Source: Squalus acanthias (taxonomy: Eukaryota). From it: DNA of 64,000 bases. Where the stretch lies: the NCBI GenBank assembly GCA_030390025.1, contig CM059440.1, positions 38,130,001 to 38,194,000 of the forward strand. The letters run 5' to 3'. The translations under genes and the position numbers were made by a program. Position 1 is the stretch's first letter. Every line of letters starts with the position of its first letter. This document shows, piece by piece, positions 47,970 through 59,800 of this stretch. Below the pieces are notes generated by a model. That model worked only from the letters and a program-made list of their open reading frames with translations. It had not been told where the DNA came from and searched no databases.

Positions 47970-48266
47970 TTTTTTATTCGTTTATGGGATGTGGGTGTCA
48001 CTGGCGAGGCCAGCATTTATTGCCCATCCCTAATTGCCCTCGAGAAGGTGGTGGTGAGCCGCCTTCTCGAATCGCTGCAGTCCATGTGGTGAAGGTACTC
48101 CCATAGTGCTGTTAGGGAGGGAGTTCCAGGATTTTGACCCAGTGACGATGAAGGATCAGCGATATACTTCTAAGTCAGGATGGTGTGTGACTTGATGGGG
48201 AACTTGGAGGTGGTGGTGTTCCCATGCGCCTGCTGCCCTTGTCCTTCTAGGTGGAAGAGGTCGCGG
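47970..48266 (-). mobile_element. 3' fragment of the second CR1-group LINE family
   Basis: Reverse complement of about 52430-52720. Confidence 0.85.
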
Positions 48267-48921
48267 ATAGGCCTTACCTTGTGGCTATGAACACAGGATA
48301 ATTAAAACAGACAGAGATATCGGCAATCAGTCAGGTTTTTCTAACAGAAAGGTGAAAGGGCAAGCATTGCCCGGACTCACAAGCTTAGAATACAGGAGGA
48401 TGGTTGGTTGGAGTAATATTGTTTGAGACGTAGAATAACCCACTGATGTGGTGAAATGTCTCACGTTCATTACTTTGTATTATTGCATGAGGACAAGTTG
48501 TCCTGATTGATTTAACTGCGTTGATCATAACTGTTGCTCTGTTTGCTCACTTCCTGTTAAATAAAGCAGCTTAACAATTTGTACCCTGCCTCACATTGCC
48601 AGATGTTTTCTTGGTTCACCTTGAAGAAGATTGGAGAGGCATATGAGGACATGTCACAAGGGTGTACTATTGTTACACCCTTGCGTTACGCTAATGTATA
48701 AGCAGATATTGGAGAGTGTGAGTCTACTCTAGCACGTAAAGGCAACGCAATCCACTTATAGGAGTGACTGATGCCACTGAACTCAAGAAGGTGTCTATAG
48801 CAGGCCCGAGTTGGCAATACCTATCCCGGGGAGTCCCTATTGCTCCTGTTTTAATTATTTGTTGTATTGTTGCTGTGATTCCTGCAGTTGGTTACTTGGA
48901 TGTTGCGAGTCTTGGTCATCG

Positions 48922-49202
48922 AGGGATGATTCATTTTGTGGTACATTTTGAAAGCTCCATTTGCTCAATTGTGGTAAATTTGTGGCGTCTTAATCTGCCG
49001 TATTGGACTTTCCCAATTTGACCAATGGTTTTGATGAGTCATCCTAATTTCTAAGGTCTGAGTTGAAAGAGCATTCAAAGACTTGAGGAAGACTTGCATT
49101 CATATAGCGCCTTTCACAACCTAAGGACGTCCCAAAGCGCTTTACAGCCAATGATGTACTTTTTGAAGTGTAATCGCTGTAGTAATGTAGGAACCATTAT
49201 CA
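48922..49202 (+). repeat. Source arm of a 281-bp inverted duplication
   Basis: Reverse complement of 50160-50440. Confidence 0.95.
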
Positions 49203-50029
49203 TCTATTTTTTTTTTAAACTCTCAACATTTGATGTGACGTGGAGACAGACATCTCTTTGTGTTTAATATGTGATGTGCTGATCGAGGACTGATGTTGGA
49301 TGAGCTCTGTCTCCCTTTCACTTCCTTTGCTTTCCTTTGTGGCCAGCCAATGGTTATCTGCCTTGTAGGTGGGGAAGAGTCAAGAGTTGAGGCCTGTTTT
49401 GTGAGGAGAGATTTTTAAACTGTGCCCGCACCTTTGGGAACTGTGAATTAACTGGGAGGCGGGAGGTGGAGGAGAAATCGTCATAACCCAGCTCAGAAAG
49501 GAGGATTTTTTTTTGTGTGTGAGTAGTAATTTGCCATTTGAAAAAAATGAACAGTTAGATTTGTTAAACGTAGGAGAATTTAAGAGCAGTTTTTACCGTG
49601 TATTTACTGGTTGCCATGGTGATAACTGGGTTGTCCTGATCTGAGATTTAACTATTTTCATAAGATTTGCTCAATCAACTAGAACCACTGCTGGATTTAA
49701 TTTTAGGAAAACTGCACATGAGTTCAGTCATTATTTTTATTTGCAGTTGTCACTTGCTCACTCAGTTCAATGGAGTGGAAATCGTGCAGGTTCTATAGAG
49801 TTGGGTGGCCTGCTCTGCCAGATTACCACCCAGAGTGTGAAGACAAAAATTTACCTCATTCACAAGTTCATTCATTATTTTCAAGACAGACTGGATTTTG
49901 CCTTTTTTGTTTTCTGCTGCACTGCTTTTTGGGCAGTATTGCTGGGTATGAAATCCATCTGAGAATTATTAGATCACATAGGAAATCCACAATTTCCTCT
50001 CTTGGAGTGCGGGCAGTAAATGTGTTGGC

Positions 50030-50898
50030 AGGAAAAGTCCTGCTACAACTGTACAGGGCTTTGGTGAGACCACACCTGGAGTACTGCGTACAGTTTTGGT
50101 CTCCTTATTTAAGGAGGGATATACTTGCATTGGAGGCAGTTCAGAGAAGGTTTACGAGGTGATAATGGTTCCTACATTACAACAGCGACTACACTTCAGA
50201 AAGTACGTCATTGGCTGTAAAGCGCTTTGGGACGTCCTTAGGTTGTGAAAGGCGCTATATGAATGCAAGTCTTCCTCAAGTCTTTGAATGCTCTTTCAAC
50301 TCAGACCTTAGAAATTAGGATGACTCATCAAAACCATTGGTCAAATTGGGGAAGTCCAATACGGCAGATTAAGACGCCACAAATTTACCACAATTGAGCA
50401 AATGGAGCTTTCAAAATGTACCACAAAATGAATCATCCCTTCATGAGATGAAGGGGTTGACTTATGAAGAAAGGTTGAGCAGGTTGGGCCTATACTCATT
50501 GGAGTTTAGAAGAATGAGAGGTGATCTTATTGAAACATATAAGATACTGAGGGGGCTCGACAAGGTAGATGCTGAGAGGATGTTTCCACTCATGGGGGAA
50601 CCTAGAACTAGGGGGCATAGTTTAAGAATAAGGGGTCGCCCATTTAAAACTGAGATGAGGAGGAATTTCTTCTCTCAGAGGGTCGTAAATCTGTGGAATT
50701 CTCTGTGGAGGCTGGGTCATTGAATATATTTAAGGTGCAGATAGACAGATTTTTGAACAATAAGGGAGTGAAGGGTTATGCGGAGCGGGCAGGGAAATGG
50801 AGCTGAGCCCAAGATCAGATCAGCCATGATCTCATTAAATGGTGGAGCAGGCTCGAGGGGCCGAAAGGCCTACTCCTGCTCCTATTTCTTATGTTCTT
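50030..50898 (+). mobile_element. CR1 LINE 3' fragment interrupted by a templated insertion
   Basis: VLLQLYRALVRPHLEYCVQFWSP...QRRFTR resumes as EMKGLTYEERL after 50440. Confidence 0.92.
50160..50440 (-). repeat. Inserted inverted copy of 48922-49202
   Basis: Ungapped reverse-complement match with about 5 mismatches seen. Confidence 0.95.
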
Positions 50899-51099
50899 AG
50901 GAGAACATACATGGACCTTGTGTCAGACAGTATGTTCTTGAAAGTTCCAAAATATAGTCAATCCTTTTGGTGGTTTGAATCGACTGATGACCGCCGATTC
51001 CTGCCGCTCTGGCTATTCTTTCCCAGTTAGCAGCTCGGAGGTCCCTGTTTTCCACTTCTTTCAACAGCAGCTTTTTAGAGCCACAAAAAGCCATACCGA

Positions 51100-51305
51100 C
51101 CACTGTCTGAGGCATAAAGTAGCTCTCCTTCACACTGACCACTCAACCAGCCCATGCTTGCTGAGATTGTTAGCGTCCCTCTTTGCTCGTGCATCGTTCC
51201 TCTGTCTTTCAAATCCATCGGAGTCACCTCTCCTCCTAAAGCTCCTACCCTTGGTCCGCCTGTCCTCTCCAACTACCGCCCACCTCTAACCTGCCTTTCC
51301 CCTCT
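51100..51305 (+). mobile_element. Old L2 RT N-terminal fragment
   Basis: Encodes IVPLSFKS..VT...VLSNYRP. Confidence 0.6.
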
Positions 51306-52019
51306 GAGTCTTAACAAAATTGGGAATAGGGATAGGTTGAATATATCTAGTGATAACGTGATGGGTAACTGTGGTCACTTGGAGCTTGTTTGCCCCAGGG
51401 AGTGAGGAATTCGTCTGAGGATTTCCTGAAATTGCCGCAATTCCTTCTTCTAGGAGTTACTACTATTGGCCAGATGGGGAGGGAGCGGGTTGTACCGTGG
51501 CACCGTCTAGCCAATAGATTGACCATGGACAGGCCTGAGGGTTTTATTCTCGCTTCCCTTTTGGTATATGTTTATGTAACCAATATAACCAAAACCAGTT
51601 TATTTGGCCATTTGTCACAGTTCCATTCTGTGATGTCTTGCTGTGTGAAAATTGGCTGCGCCATTTGTCTACTTAACACGAGTGAGTAAAAATAAATAAT
51701 TGGATGTGAATCACATTGGGGCATCCTGGGGATGTGAAAATGTATAATTTAAACCTTCCTTTCTTCCTTCCTACCGATCACTGGAGCATGGATCAGACTA
51801 TGGGAAAACTATTGTCCCAACACAAATGTAAAATTAGTAACAGGAACTTCCATGTTACTGTTACCTTGCCCTGTTATGTTGTCAGAACATATGCGCACAT
51901 AATAAATCTTCATGAACATTCAGGGAATGTTTTTGCATAAATAAAGTGGTCTTCAAAATGAAAACAAAGTATTAAAACCGATCTACCAGTAGATTTGATT
52001 GGAGTCTAACCATCTGTCC

Positions 52020-52720
52020 TTCAACGGCATTACCATCGCTGAATCCCCCACCATCAACATCCTGGGGGTCACCATTGACCAGAAACTTAACTGGACCAGC
52101 CACATAAATATTGTGGCAACAAGAGCAGGTCAGAGGCTGGGTATTCTGCGGCGAGTGACTTCCTGAATCCTCAAAGCCTTTCCACCACCTACAAGGCCCA
52201 AGTCAGGAGTGTGATGGAATACTCTCCACTTGCCTGGATGAGTGCAGCTCCAACAACACTCAAGAAGCTCGACAGCATCCGGTTCAAAGCAGCCCGCTTG
52301 ATTGGCACCCCATCTACCACCTTAAACATTCACTCCCTCCACCACCGGCATACCGTGGCTGCAGTGTGTACCATCTACAAGATGCACAGCAGCAACTCAC
52401 CAAGGCTTCTTCGGCAGCACGTCCCAAACCCGCGACCTCTTCCACCTAGAAGGACAAGTGCAGTAGGTGCATGGGAACACCACCACCTCCAAGTTCCCCT
52501 CCAAGTCACACAACATCCTAACTTAGAAGTATATCGCCATTCCTTCATCGTCGCTGGGTCAAAATCCTGGAACTCCCTCCCTAACAGGACTGTGGGAGTA
52601 CCATCACCACACGGACTGCAGCGGTTCAAGAAGGTGGCTCACCAACACCTTCTCAAGGGCAATTAGGGATGGGCAAGAAATGCTGGCCTTGCCAGCGACG
52701 CCCACATCCCATAAAAAGTA
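52020..52720 (+). mobile_element. Second CR1-group LINE family, 3' fragment
   Basis: Encodes ILGVTIDQKLNW, YKAQVRSVMEYSPLAW and KSWNSLP, with an A-rich end. Confidence 0.88.
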
Positions 52721-53019
52721 AATTTTAAAAAAAGGACTGGGGCCCGGGACCCAAGGACTTGTGTTCGGAAGAAAAGATCAAAACCGCAAAAGTTGAATCG
52801 CAAAAACATTGAAAACTGCACAAAGTTAAAGATTGAAAAACAATTGCTTCAGCAAGTAAAGATGGAAGTTAATAGTTTACAGGCTCCTGGCAAAGAGTGA
52901 AGAAGATTTTGTTTTTGATGTAACTCATTTCTCAGCAAAAGTTGCTAAATGAAAACATACAGCCTGAAGTCTTTTCCCCAATATTTCCTCAGACTGGAAT
53001 TCATAAAAAGAAGAAAACT

Positions 53020-53687
53020 TCTCCCAACCCCACCAACCCCACTCTCCACCCCCCACCCCCACTCTCCAACCCCCCCCAACCCACTCTCCATCCCCCCCAC
53101 CCCCAATCTCCATCCCCCCCACCCCCACTCTCCACCCCCCCCACCCCCACTCTCCAACACCCCCCCACCCCCACTCTCCAACCCCCCACCCCCACTCTCC
53201 ATCCCCCCCACCCCCACTCTCCAACCCCCCCACCCCCACTCTCCAACCCCCCACCCCCACTCTCCACCCCCCCACCCCCACTCTCCAACCCCCCCCACCC
53301 CCACTCTCCAACCCCCCCCACCCCCACTCTCCAACCCCCCCACCCCCACTCTCCAACCCCCCCACCCCCACTCTCCAACCCCCCCCACCCCCACTCTCCA
53401 ACACCCCCCCACCCCCACTCTCCAACCCCCCCCACCCCCATTCTCCAACACCCCCCCCACCCCCACCCTCAATCCCCCCCCACCCCCACTCTCCAACCCC
53501 CCCACCCCCACTCTCCAACCCCCCCACCCCCACTCTCCAACCCCCCCACCCCCACTCTCCAACCCCCCCCACCCCCACTCTCCAACACCCCCCCACCCCC
53601 ACTCTCAATCCCCCCCCCACCCCCACTCTCCATCCCCCCCCACCCCCACTCTCCAACCCCCCCCAACCTCACTCTCCAACCCAACTC
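53020..53687. repeat. C-rich minisatellite, unit about 19-22 bp (CCCCACTCTCCAAC(n)A), about 30 copies
   Basis: Directly visible; variable C-run length. Confidence 0.95.
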
Positions 53688-54045
53688 AGGTTAGAGGCAG
53701 CTCCAGGCCTCAGGTTAGAGGCAGCTCCAGGCTTTGGGTTAGGGGCAGCTCCAGGCTTTGGGTTAGGGGCAGCTCCAGGCCTCGGGTTAGGGGCAGCTCC
53801 AGGCCTCGGGTTAGGGGCAGCTCCAGGCCTCGGGTTAGAGGCAGCTCCAGGACTCGGGTTAGAGGCAGCTCCAGGCCTCGGGTTAGGGGCAGCTCCAGGC
53901 CTCGGGTTAGAGGCAGCTCCAGGCCTCGGGTTAGAGGCAGCTCCAGGCCTCAGGTTAGAGGCAGCAGCAGGCCTCGGGTTAGAGGCAGCAGCAGGCCTCG
54001 GGTTACAGGCAGCTCCAGGCCTCGGGTTAGGGGCAGCAGCAGGCA
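53688..54045. repeat. 24-bp minisatellite GGTTAGRGGCAGCTCCAGGCCTCG, about 15 copies
   Basis: Directly visible; translates as repeated VRGSSRPR. Confidence 0.95.
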
Positions 54046-54829
54046 GGCTCAGTCTGCTTTGTCAAGGAGGTTTTTGATTTAATTGCAAGAGGTTTTCCAA
54101 TAAGAAGACAAATGTGTACATTGGAGAAACTTTACCATTGGTGCTGCCAGACTCTCCAAGTGCAGCCATGTGTAAAACTGGCAAGACTCACTGAGATCAG
54201 TGGCCAGGAGACATAAAAACGGAGTGTCCTGGAGCTCGGAGAGTGGGGATAAATTGCAGATGAGTGCATGAAGCCTGTGTTCAGGGGGATTAGCATTGAT
54301 CTTGGCAATATAAAAACTCCACATGGTTTGCTTGTGTTATTTCATTATAAAATTGCCTCGACTATATTCAATATTTTTAATTACGTTTATCGAATAAAAT
54401 AAATATATTCAGTCCAAAATATACTGAACACAATAGGAAAACTATACAGGCAACTCTTAAATCATTTCCTGCTATATAGGAGATGTCTGAACATTTTTAC
54501 AACAGTTTTTCTCCATCTCCTTGGGGCCTGCCATTTCAGGGCTCTCAAGCTCTCCAGACAGCCACTTAGCATGTCTGGCAGCAGGAGTCCGACCCTGGCT
54601 ACCGGCTGGGAGATGTTCCACTTAGATTTCAGTGCCACAGATACAGCTGTGTCCTCAGCCAACCCTACATCAGCTGGCACAGGGAGGATGCCAGTGTTCA
54701 GGATTTCATGTGCGGTACTGGGCAGATGTCAGCTGAGAGGCACTTGAAATGGCGGCCCCCGGTCCCCTGCTCCCGCTCCCTGGCCTCAAGTCCCCAGCCC
54801 CCCGGCCCTCCATGATCAAGAAATACTGC

Positions 54830-55405
54830 TGCCCTTTAGTTAGGCCACAGCTGGAATACTGTGTGTAGTTCTGGTCGCCACACTATAGGAAGGATGTGAT
54901 TGCATTGGAGAGGGTGCAGAGGAGATTCACCAGGATGTTACCTGGGCTGCAGCGCTTCAGCTATGAAGAGAGACTGGACAGGCTGGGGTTGTTTTCCTTA
55001 GAGCAGAGAAGGCTGAGGGGGGACCTGATTGAGGTGTACAAAATTATGAGGGGCATAGATAGGGTAGATAGAAAGGAACTTTTCCCCTTAGTAGAGGGGT
55101 CAATAACCAGGGGGCATAGTTTCAAGGTAAGGGGCAGGAGGTTTAGAGGGGATTTGAGGAAAAACTTTTTCACCCAGAGGGTGGTTGGAATCTGGAACTC
55201 ACTGCCTGAAAGGGTGGTAGAGGCAGGAACCCTCACAACATTCAAGAAGCATTTAGATGAGCACTTGAAACGCCATAGCATACAAGGCTACGGACCAAGT
55301 GCTGGAAAATGGGATTAGAATAGACAGGGCTTGATGGCCGGCGCGGACACGATGGGCCGAAGGGCCTCTTTCTGTGCTGTATAACTCTATGACTCTATGA
55401 CTCTT
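54830..55405 (+). mobile_element. CR1 LINE 3' fragment, young
   Basis: Intact 140-aa ORF2 C-terminus and an (ACTCTATG)n octamer tail. Confidence 0.93.
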
Positions 55406-55429
55406 TCATTTACATGGTTTTCTGCCATT

Positions 55430-55735
55430 TTTACCGAGGCCCAGCCTGCTCTCTCAGGTGGACGTAAAAGATCCCATGGCATTATTCGAGGAAGAGCAGG
55501 GGAGTTCTCCCCGGTACCAGTTCTGGCCAATATCCATTCCTCAACCAACATCACTTTAAAAAAAATCAGATTATCTGGTCATTATCGCATTGCTGTTTGT
55601 GGGAGCTTGCTGTGCGCAAATTGGCTGCCACGTTTCCTACATTACAACAGTGACTACACTTCAAAAGTACGTCATTGGCTGTAAAACGCTTTGGGACGTC
55701 CTGAGGTGGTGAAAGGCGAGATATAAAAGTTCTTT
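55430..55735 (+). mobile_element. Deu-domain SINE 3' two-thirds
   Basis: Deu core plus tail. Confidence 0.85.
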
Positions 55736-56127
55736 CGTTTGTCCGTATTTAGTGTATGTTTTTACATGTGTACAGAAATCTTGCAATATTTCTTCGAAGA
55801 TCCAGATACATCATTCCTTACTCTTCCTCCTCACTATCTTTGTCAAGGCTCAGAGTAGTGACCCATCTGTTCTCGGGACATCCAAACTATGGAATTCTTT
55901 GCTCCCCTCAGTCCTACCATCCTCTTCCAATCTTTTAGCTTTCGATACTTGAGTTTAGCATCCTGATTTACTTTTACTTTTACTCTTTCCAACCATGGTA
56001 GATTCCGAGGCTAAACACCTTGGCCCGCTCACTCTGGTCTCCTCAATCGGAAAGGTATGTCTCTCTCAGCGATTGGGATGTTGCGACCATTCAGTAAAGT
56101 ACACATCGCCTTTTTAAGAAGGCAATC

Positions 56128-56428
56128 ACTACAACAACAACGTCTTGCATTCATATAGCGCCTTCGATGAAGTAAAACGTCCCAAGAGGCTTCACAGGAG
56201 CGTTATCAAACAAAATTTAACATTGAGCCATATGAGCTATTAGGACAGGTGACCAAAAGCTTGGTCAAAGAGGTAGGTTTTAAGGCGTGACTTAATGGAG
56301 GAGAGGGAGGTAGCGAGGCGGAGGGATTTCCAGCATTTAGGGCCCAGGCAGCTGAAGCCACGGCCGGCAATGGTGGAGCAATGAAAATCGGGGATGTGCA
56401 AGAGGCCAGAATTGAGGAGTGCAGAGAT
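56128..56428 (-). mobile_element. L2 LINE 3' end, about 60 bp upstream of an alpl exon
   Basis: Reverse complement of the L2 tail; encodes LKTYLFDQAFGHLS. Confidence 0.85.
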
Positions 56429-56489
56429 CATTTAAAGGCTGCTTTTGAGCAGGTGCCCATCCCCCTTTTTCTTTTATTTTTCTCCGCAG

Positions 56490-56665
56490 GTAAATCCACG
56501 GGCATCGTAACCACAACGCGGGTACAACACGCCACGCCCAGCGCTTCCTACGCACATTCTGTAAACAGGGACTGGTACGCAGACTCCGACATGCCAATCG
56601 AGGCACTGGAACAGGGCTGTAAAGACATTGCTCAGCAGCTCATTCATAACATTCCTGGCATTGAG
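56490..56665 (+). CDS. alpl: alpl coding exon (exon 6 equivalent)
   Basis: Polypyrimidine tract plus ccgcag acceptor, GTAACT donor, 176 nt. Encodes [59 protein letters not shown] (HATP Mg ligands, catalytic Arg). Confidence 0.98.
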
Positions 56666-56864
56666 GTAACTGAACTCCTTTTAAACATTGCTGTGGAGCT
56701 GGTTTTCTGATTAAAGGGGTGCCCAGAAAGTGTGGGCACACTGCTCTAGAGTAGCTGGACTTGTATCCCAGCTGAATGCTGCATTCACATCGACCAGAAC
56801 CCTGGACGGTCCAGGCACGACTGACTTGACTCCCATTTCCTCCTAATTTTTTTGCTCCCTTTAG

Positions 56865-59800
56865 CACTCTCTTATTACTGTCTGTCCCACACTCTCTCCC
56901 TATTACTGTCTGTCCCACACTCTCTCCCTATTACACTCTGTCCCACACTCTCTCCCTATTACACTCTGTCCCACACTCTCTCCCTATTACTCTCTGTCCC
57001 ACACTCTCTCCCTTATTACTGTCTGTCCCACACTCTCTCCCTATTACTCTCTGTCCCACACACTCTCCCTATTACTCTCTGTCCTACACTCTCTCCCTAT
57101 TACTCTCTGTCCCACACTCTCTCCCTATTACTCTCTGTCCCACACTCTCTCCCTTATTACTGTCTGTCCCACACTCTCTCCCTATTACTGTCTGTCCCAC
57201 ACTCTCTCCATATTACTGTCTGTCCCACACTCTCTCCCTATTACTGTCTGTCCCACACTCTCTCCCTATTACTCTCTGTCCCACACTCTCTCCCTATTAC
57301 TCTCTGTCCCACACTCTCTCCATATTACTGTCTGTCCCACACTCTCTCCATATTACTGTCTGTCCCACACTCTCTCCCTATTACTGTCTGTCCCACACTC
57401 TCTCCATATTACTGTCTGTCCCACACTCTCTCCCTTATTACTCTCTGTCCCACACTCTCTCCATATTACTGTCTGTCCCACACTCTCTCCCTTATTACTC
57501 TCTGTCCCACACTCTCTCCATATTACTGTCTGTCCCACACTCTCTCCCTTATTACTCTCTGTCCCACACTCTCTCCATATTACTGTCTGTCCCACACTCT
57601 CTCCCTTATTACTGTCTGTCCCACACTCTCTCCCTATTACTCTCTGTCCTACACTCTCTCCCTATTACTCTCTGTCCTACACTCTCTCCCTATTATTCTC
57701 TGTCCTACACTCTCTCCCTATTACTCTCTGTCCTACACTCTCTCCCTATTACTCTCTGTCCTACACTCTCTCCCTTTTACTCTCTGTCCCACACTCTCTC
57801 CCTTATTACTGTCTGTCCTACACTCTCTCCCTATTACTCTCTGTCCTACACTCTCTCCCTATTACTCTCTGTCCCACACTCTCTCCCTATTACTGTCTGT
57901 CCCACACTCTCTCCCTATTACTCTCTGTCCCACACTCTCTCCCTATTACTCTCTGTCCCACACTCTCTCCATATTACTGTCTGTCCCACACTCTCTCCCT
58001 ATTACTCTCTGTCCCACACTCTCTCCCTATTACTCTCTGTCCCACACTCTCTCCCTATTACTGTCTGTCCCACACTCTCTCCCTATTACTCTCTGTCCTA
58101 CACTCTCTCCCTATTACTGTCTGTCCCACACTCTCTCCCTATTACTGTCTGTCCCACACTCTCTCCCTTATTACTCTCTGTCCCACACTCTCTCCCTATT
58201 ACTCTCTGTCCTACACTCTCTCCCTATTACTCTCTGTCCCACACTCTCTCTCTTATTACTGTCTGTCCCACACTCTCTCCCTATTACTCTCTGTCCCACA
58301 CTCTCTCCCTATTACTGTCTGTCCCACACTCTCTCCATATTACTCTCTGTCCCACACTCTCTCCCTATTACTGTCTGTCCCACACTCTCTCCCTATTACT
58401 CTCTGTCCCACACTCTCTCCCTATTACTCTCTGTCCCACACTCTCTCCCTATTACTCTCTGTCCTACACTCTCTCCATATAACTCTCTGTCCCACACTCT
58501 CTCCCTATTACTCTCTGTCCCACACTCTCTCCCTTATTACTGTCTGTCCCACACTCTCTCCCTTATTACTGTCTGTCCCACACTCTCTCCATATTACTCT
58601 CTGTCCCACACTCTCTCCCTATTACTGTCTGTCCCACACTCTCTCCCTATTACTCTCTGTCCCACACTCTCTCCCTATTACTGTCTGTCCCACACTCTCT
58701 CCCTATTACTCTCTGTCCCACACTCTCTCCATATTACTGTCTGTCCCACACTCTCTCCCTATTACTCTCTGTCCCACACTCTCTCCCTATTACTGTCTGT
58801 CCCACACTCTCTCCCTATTACTCTCTGTCCCACACTCTCTCCCTATTACTCTCTGTCCTACACTCTCTCCCTATTACTCTCTGTCCCACACTCTCTCCAT
58901 ATTACTGTCTGTCCCACACTCTCTCCCTATTACTGTCTGTCCCACACTCTCTCCCTTATTACTGTCTGTCCCACACTCTCTCCCTTATTACTGTCTATCC
59001 CACACTCTCTCCCTATTACTGTCTGTCCCACACTCTCTCCCTATTACTCTCTGTCCCACACTCTCTCCATATTACTGTCTGTCCCACACTCTCTCCCTTA
59101 TTACTGTCTATCCCACACTCTCTCCCTATTACTCTCTGTCCTACACTCTCTCCCTATTACTGTCTGTCCCACACTCTCTCCCTTATTACTCTCTGTCCCA
59201 CACTCTCTCCATATTACTCTCTGTCCCACACTCTCTCCATATTACTCTCTGTCCCACACTCTCTCCCTATTACTCTCTGTCCCACACTCTCTCCCTATTA
59301 CTGTCTGTCCCACACTCTCTCCCTATTACTCTCTGTCCCACACTCTCTCCCTATTACTGTCTGTCCCACACTCTCTCCCTATTACTCTCTGTCCCACACT
59401 CTCTCCCTATTACTGTCTGTCCCACACTCTCTCCCTATTACTGTCTGTCCCACACTCTCTCCCTATTACTCTCTGTCCCACACTCTCTCCCTATTACTCT
59501 CTGTCCTACACTCTCTCCCTATTACTCTCTGTCCCACACTCTCTCCTTATTACTGTCTGTCCCACACTCTCTCCCTATTACTCTCTGTCCCACACTCTCT
59601 CCCTATTACTGTCTGTCCCACACTCTCTCCATATTACTCTCTGTCCCACACTCTCTCCCTATTACTGTCTGTCCCACACTCTCTCCCTATTACTCTCTGT
59701 CCCACACTCTCTCCCTATTACTCTCTGTCCCACACTCTCTCCCTATTACTCTCTGTCCCACACTCTCTCCCTATTACTCTCTGTCCCACACTCTCTCCCT

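Noticed and set aside
48657-48683. 10-bp stem hairpin CAAGGGTGTA...TACACCCTTG
   Set aside because: Single short hairpin with no supporting context; plausible by chance in 64 kb.
52925-54082. Long Pro-rich, Gly-rich and RS-like ORFs (up to 377 aa) on both strands
   Set aside because: They are translations of two stop-free minisatellites, open in many frames, inside an intron.
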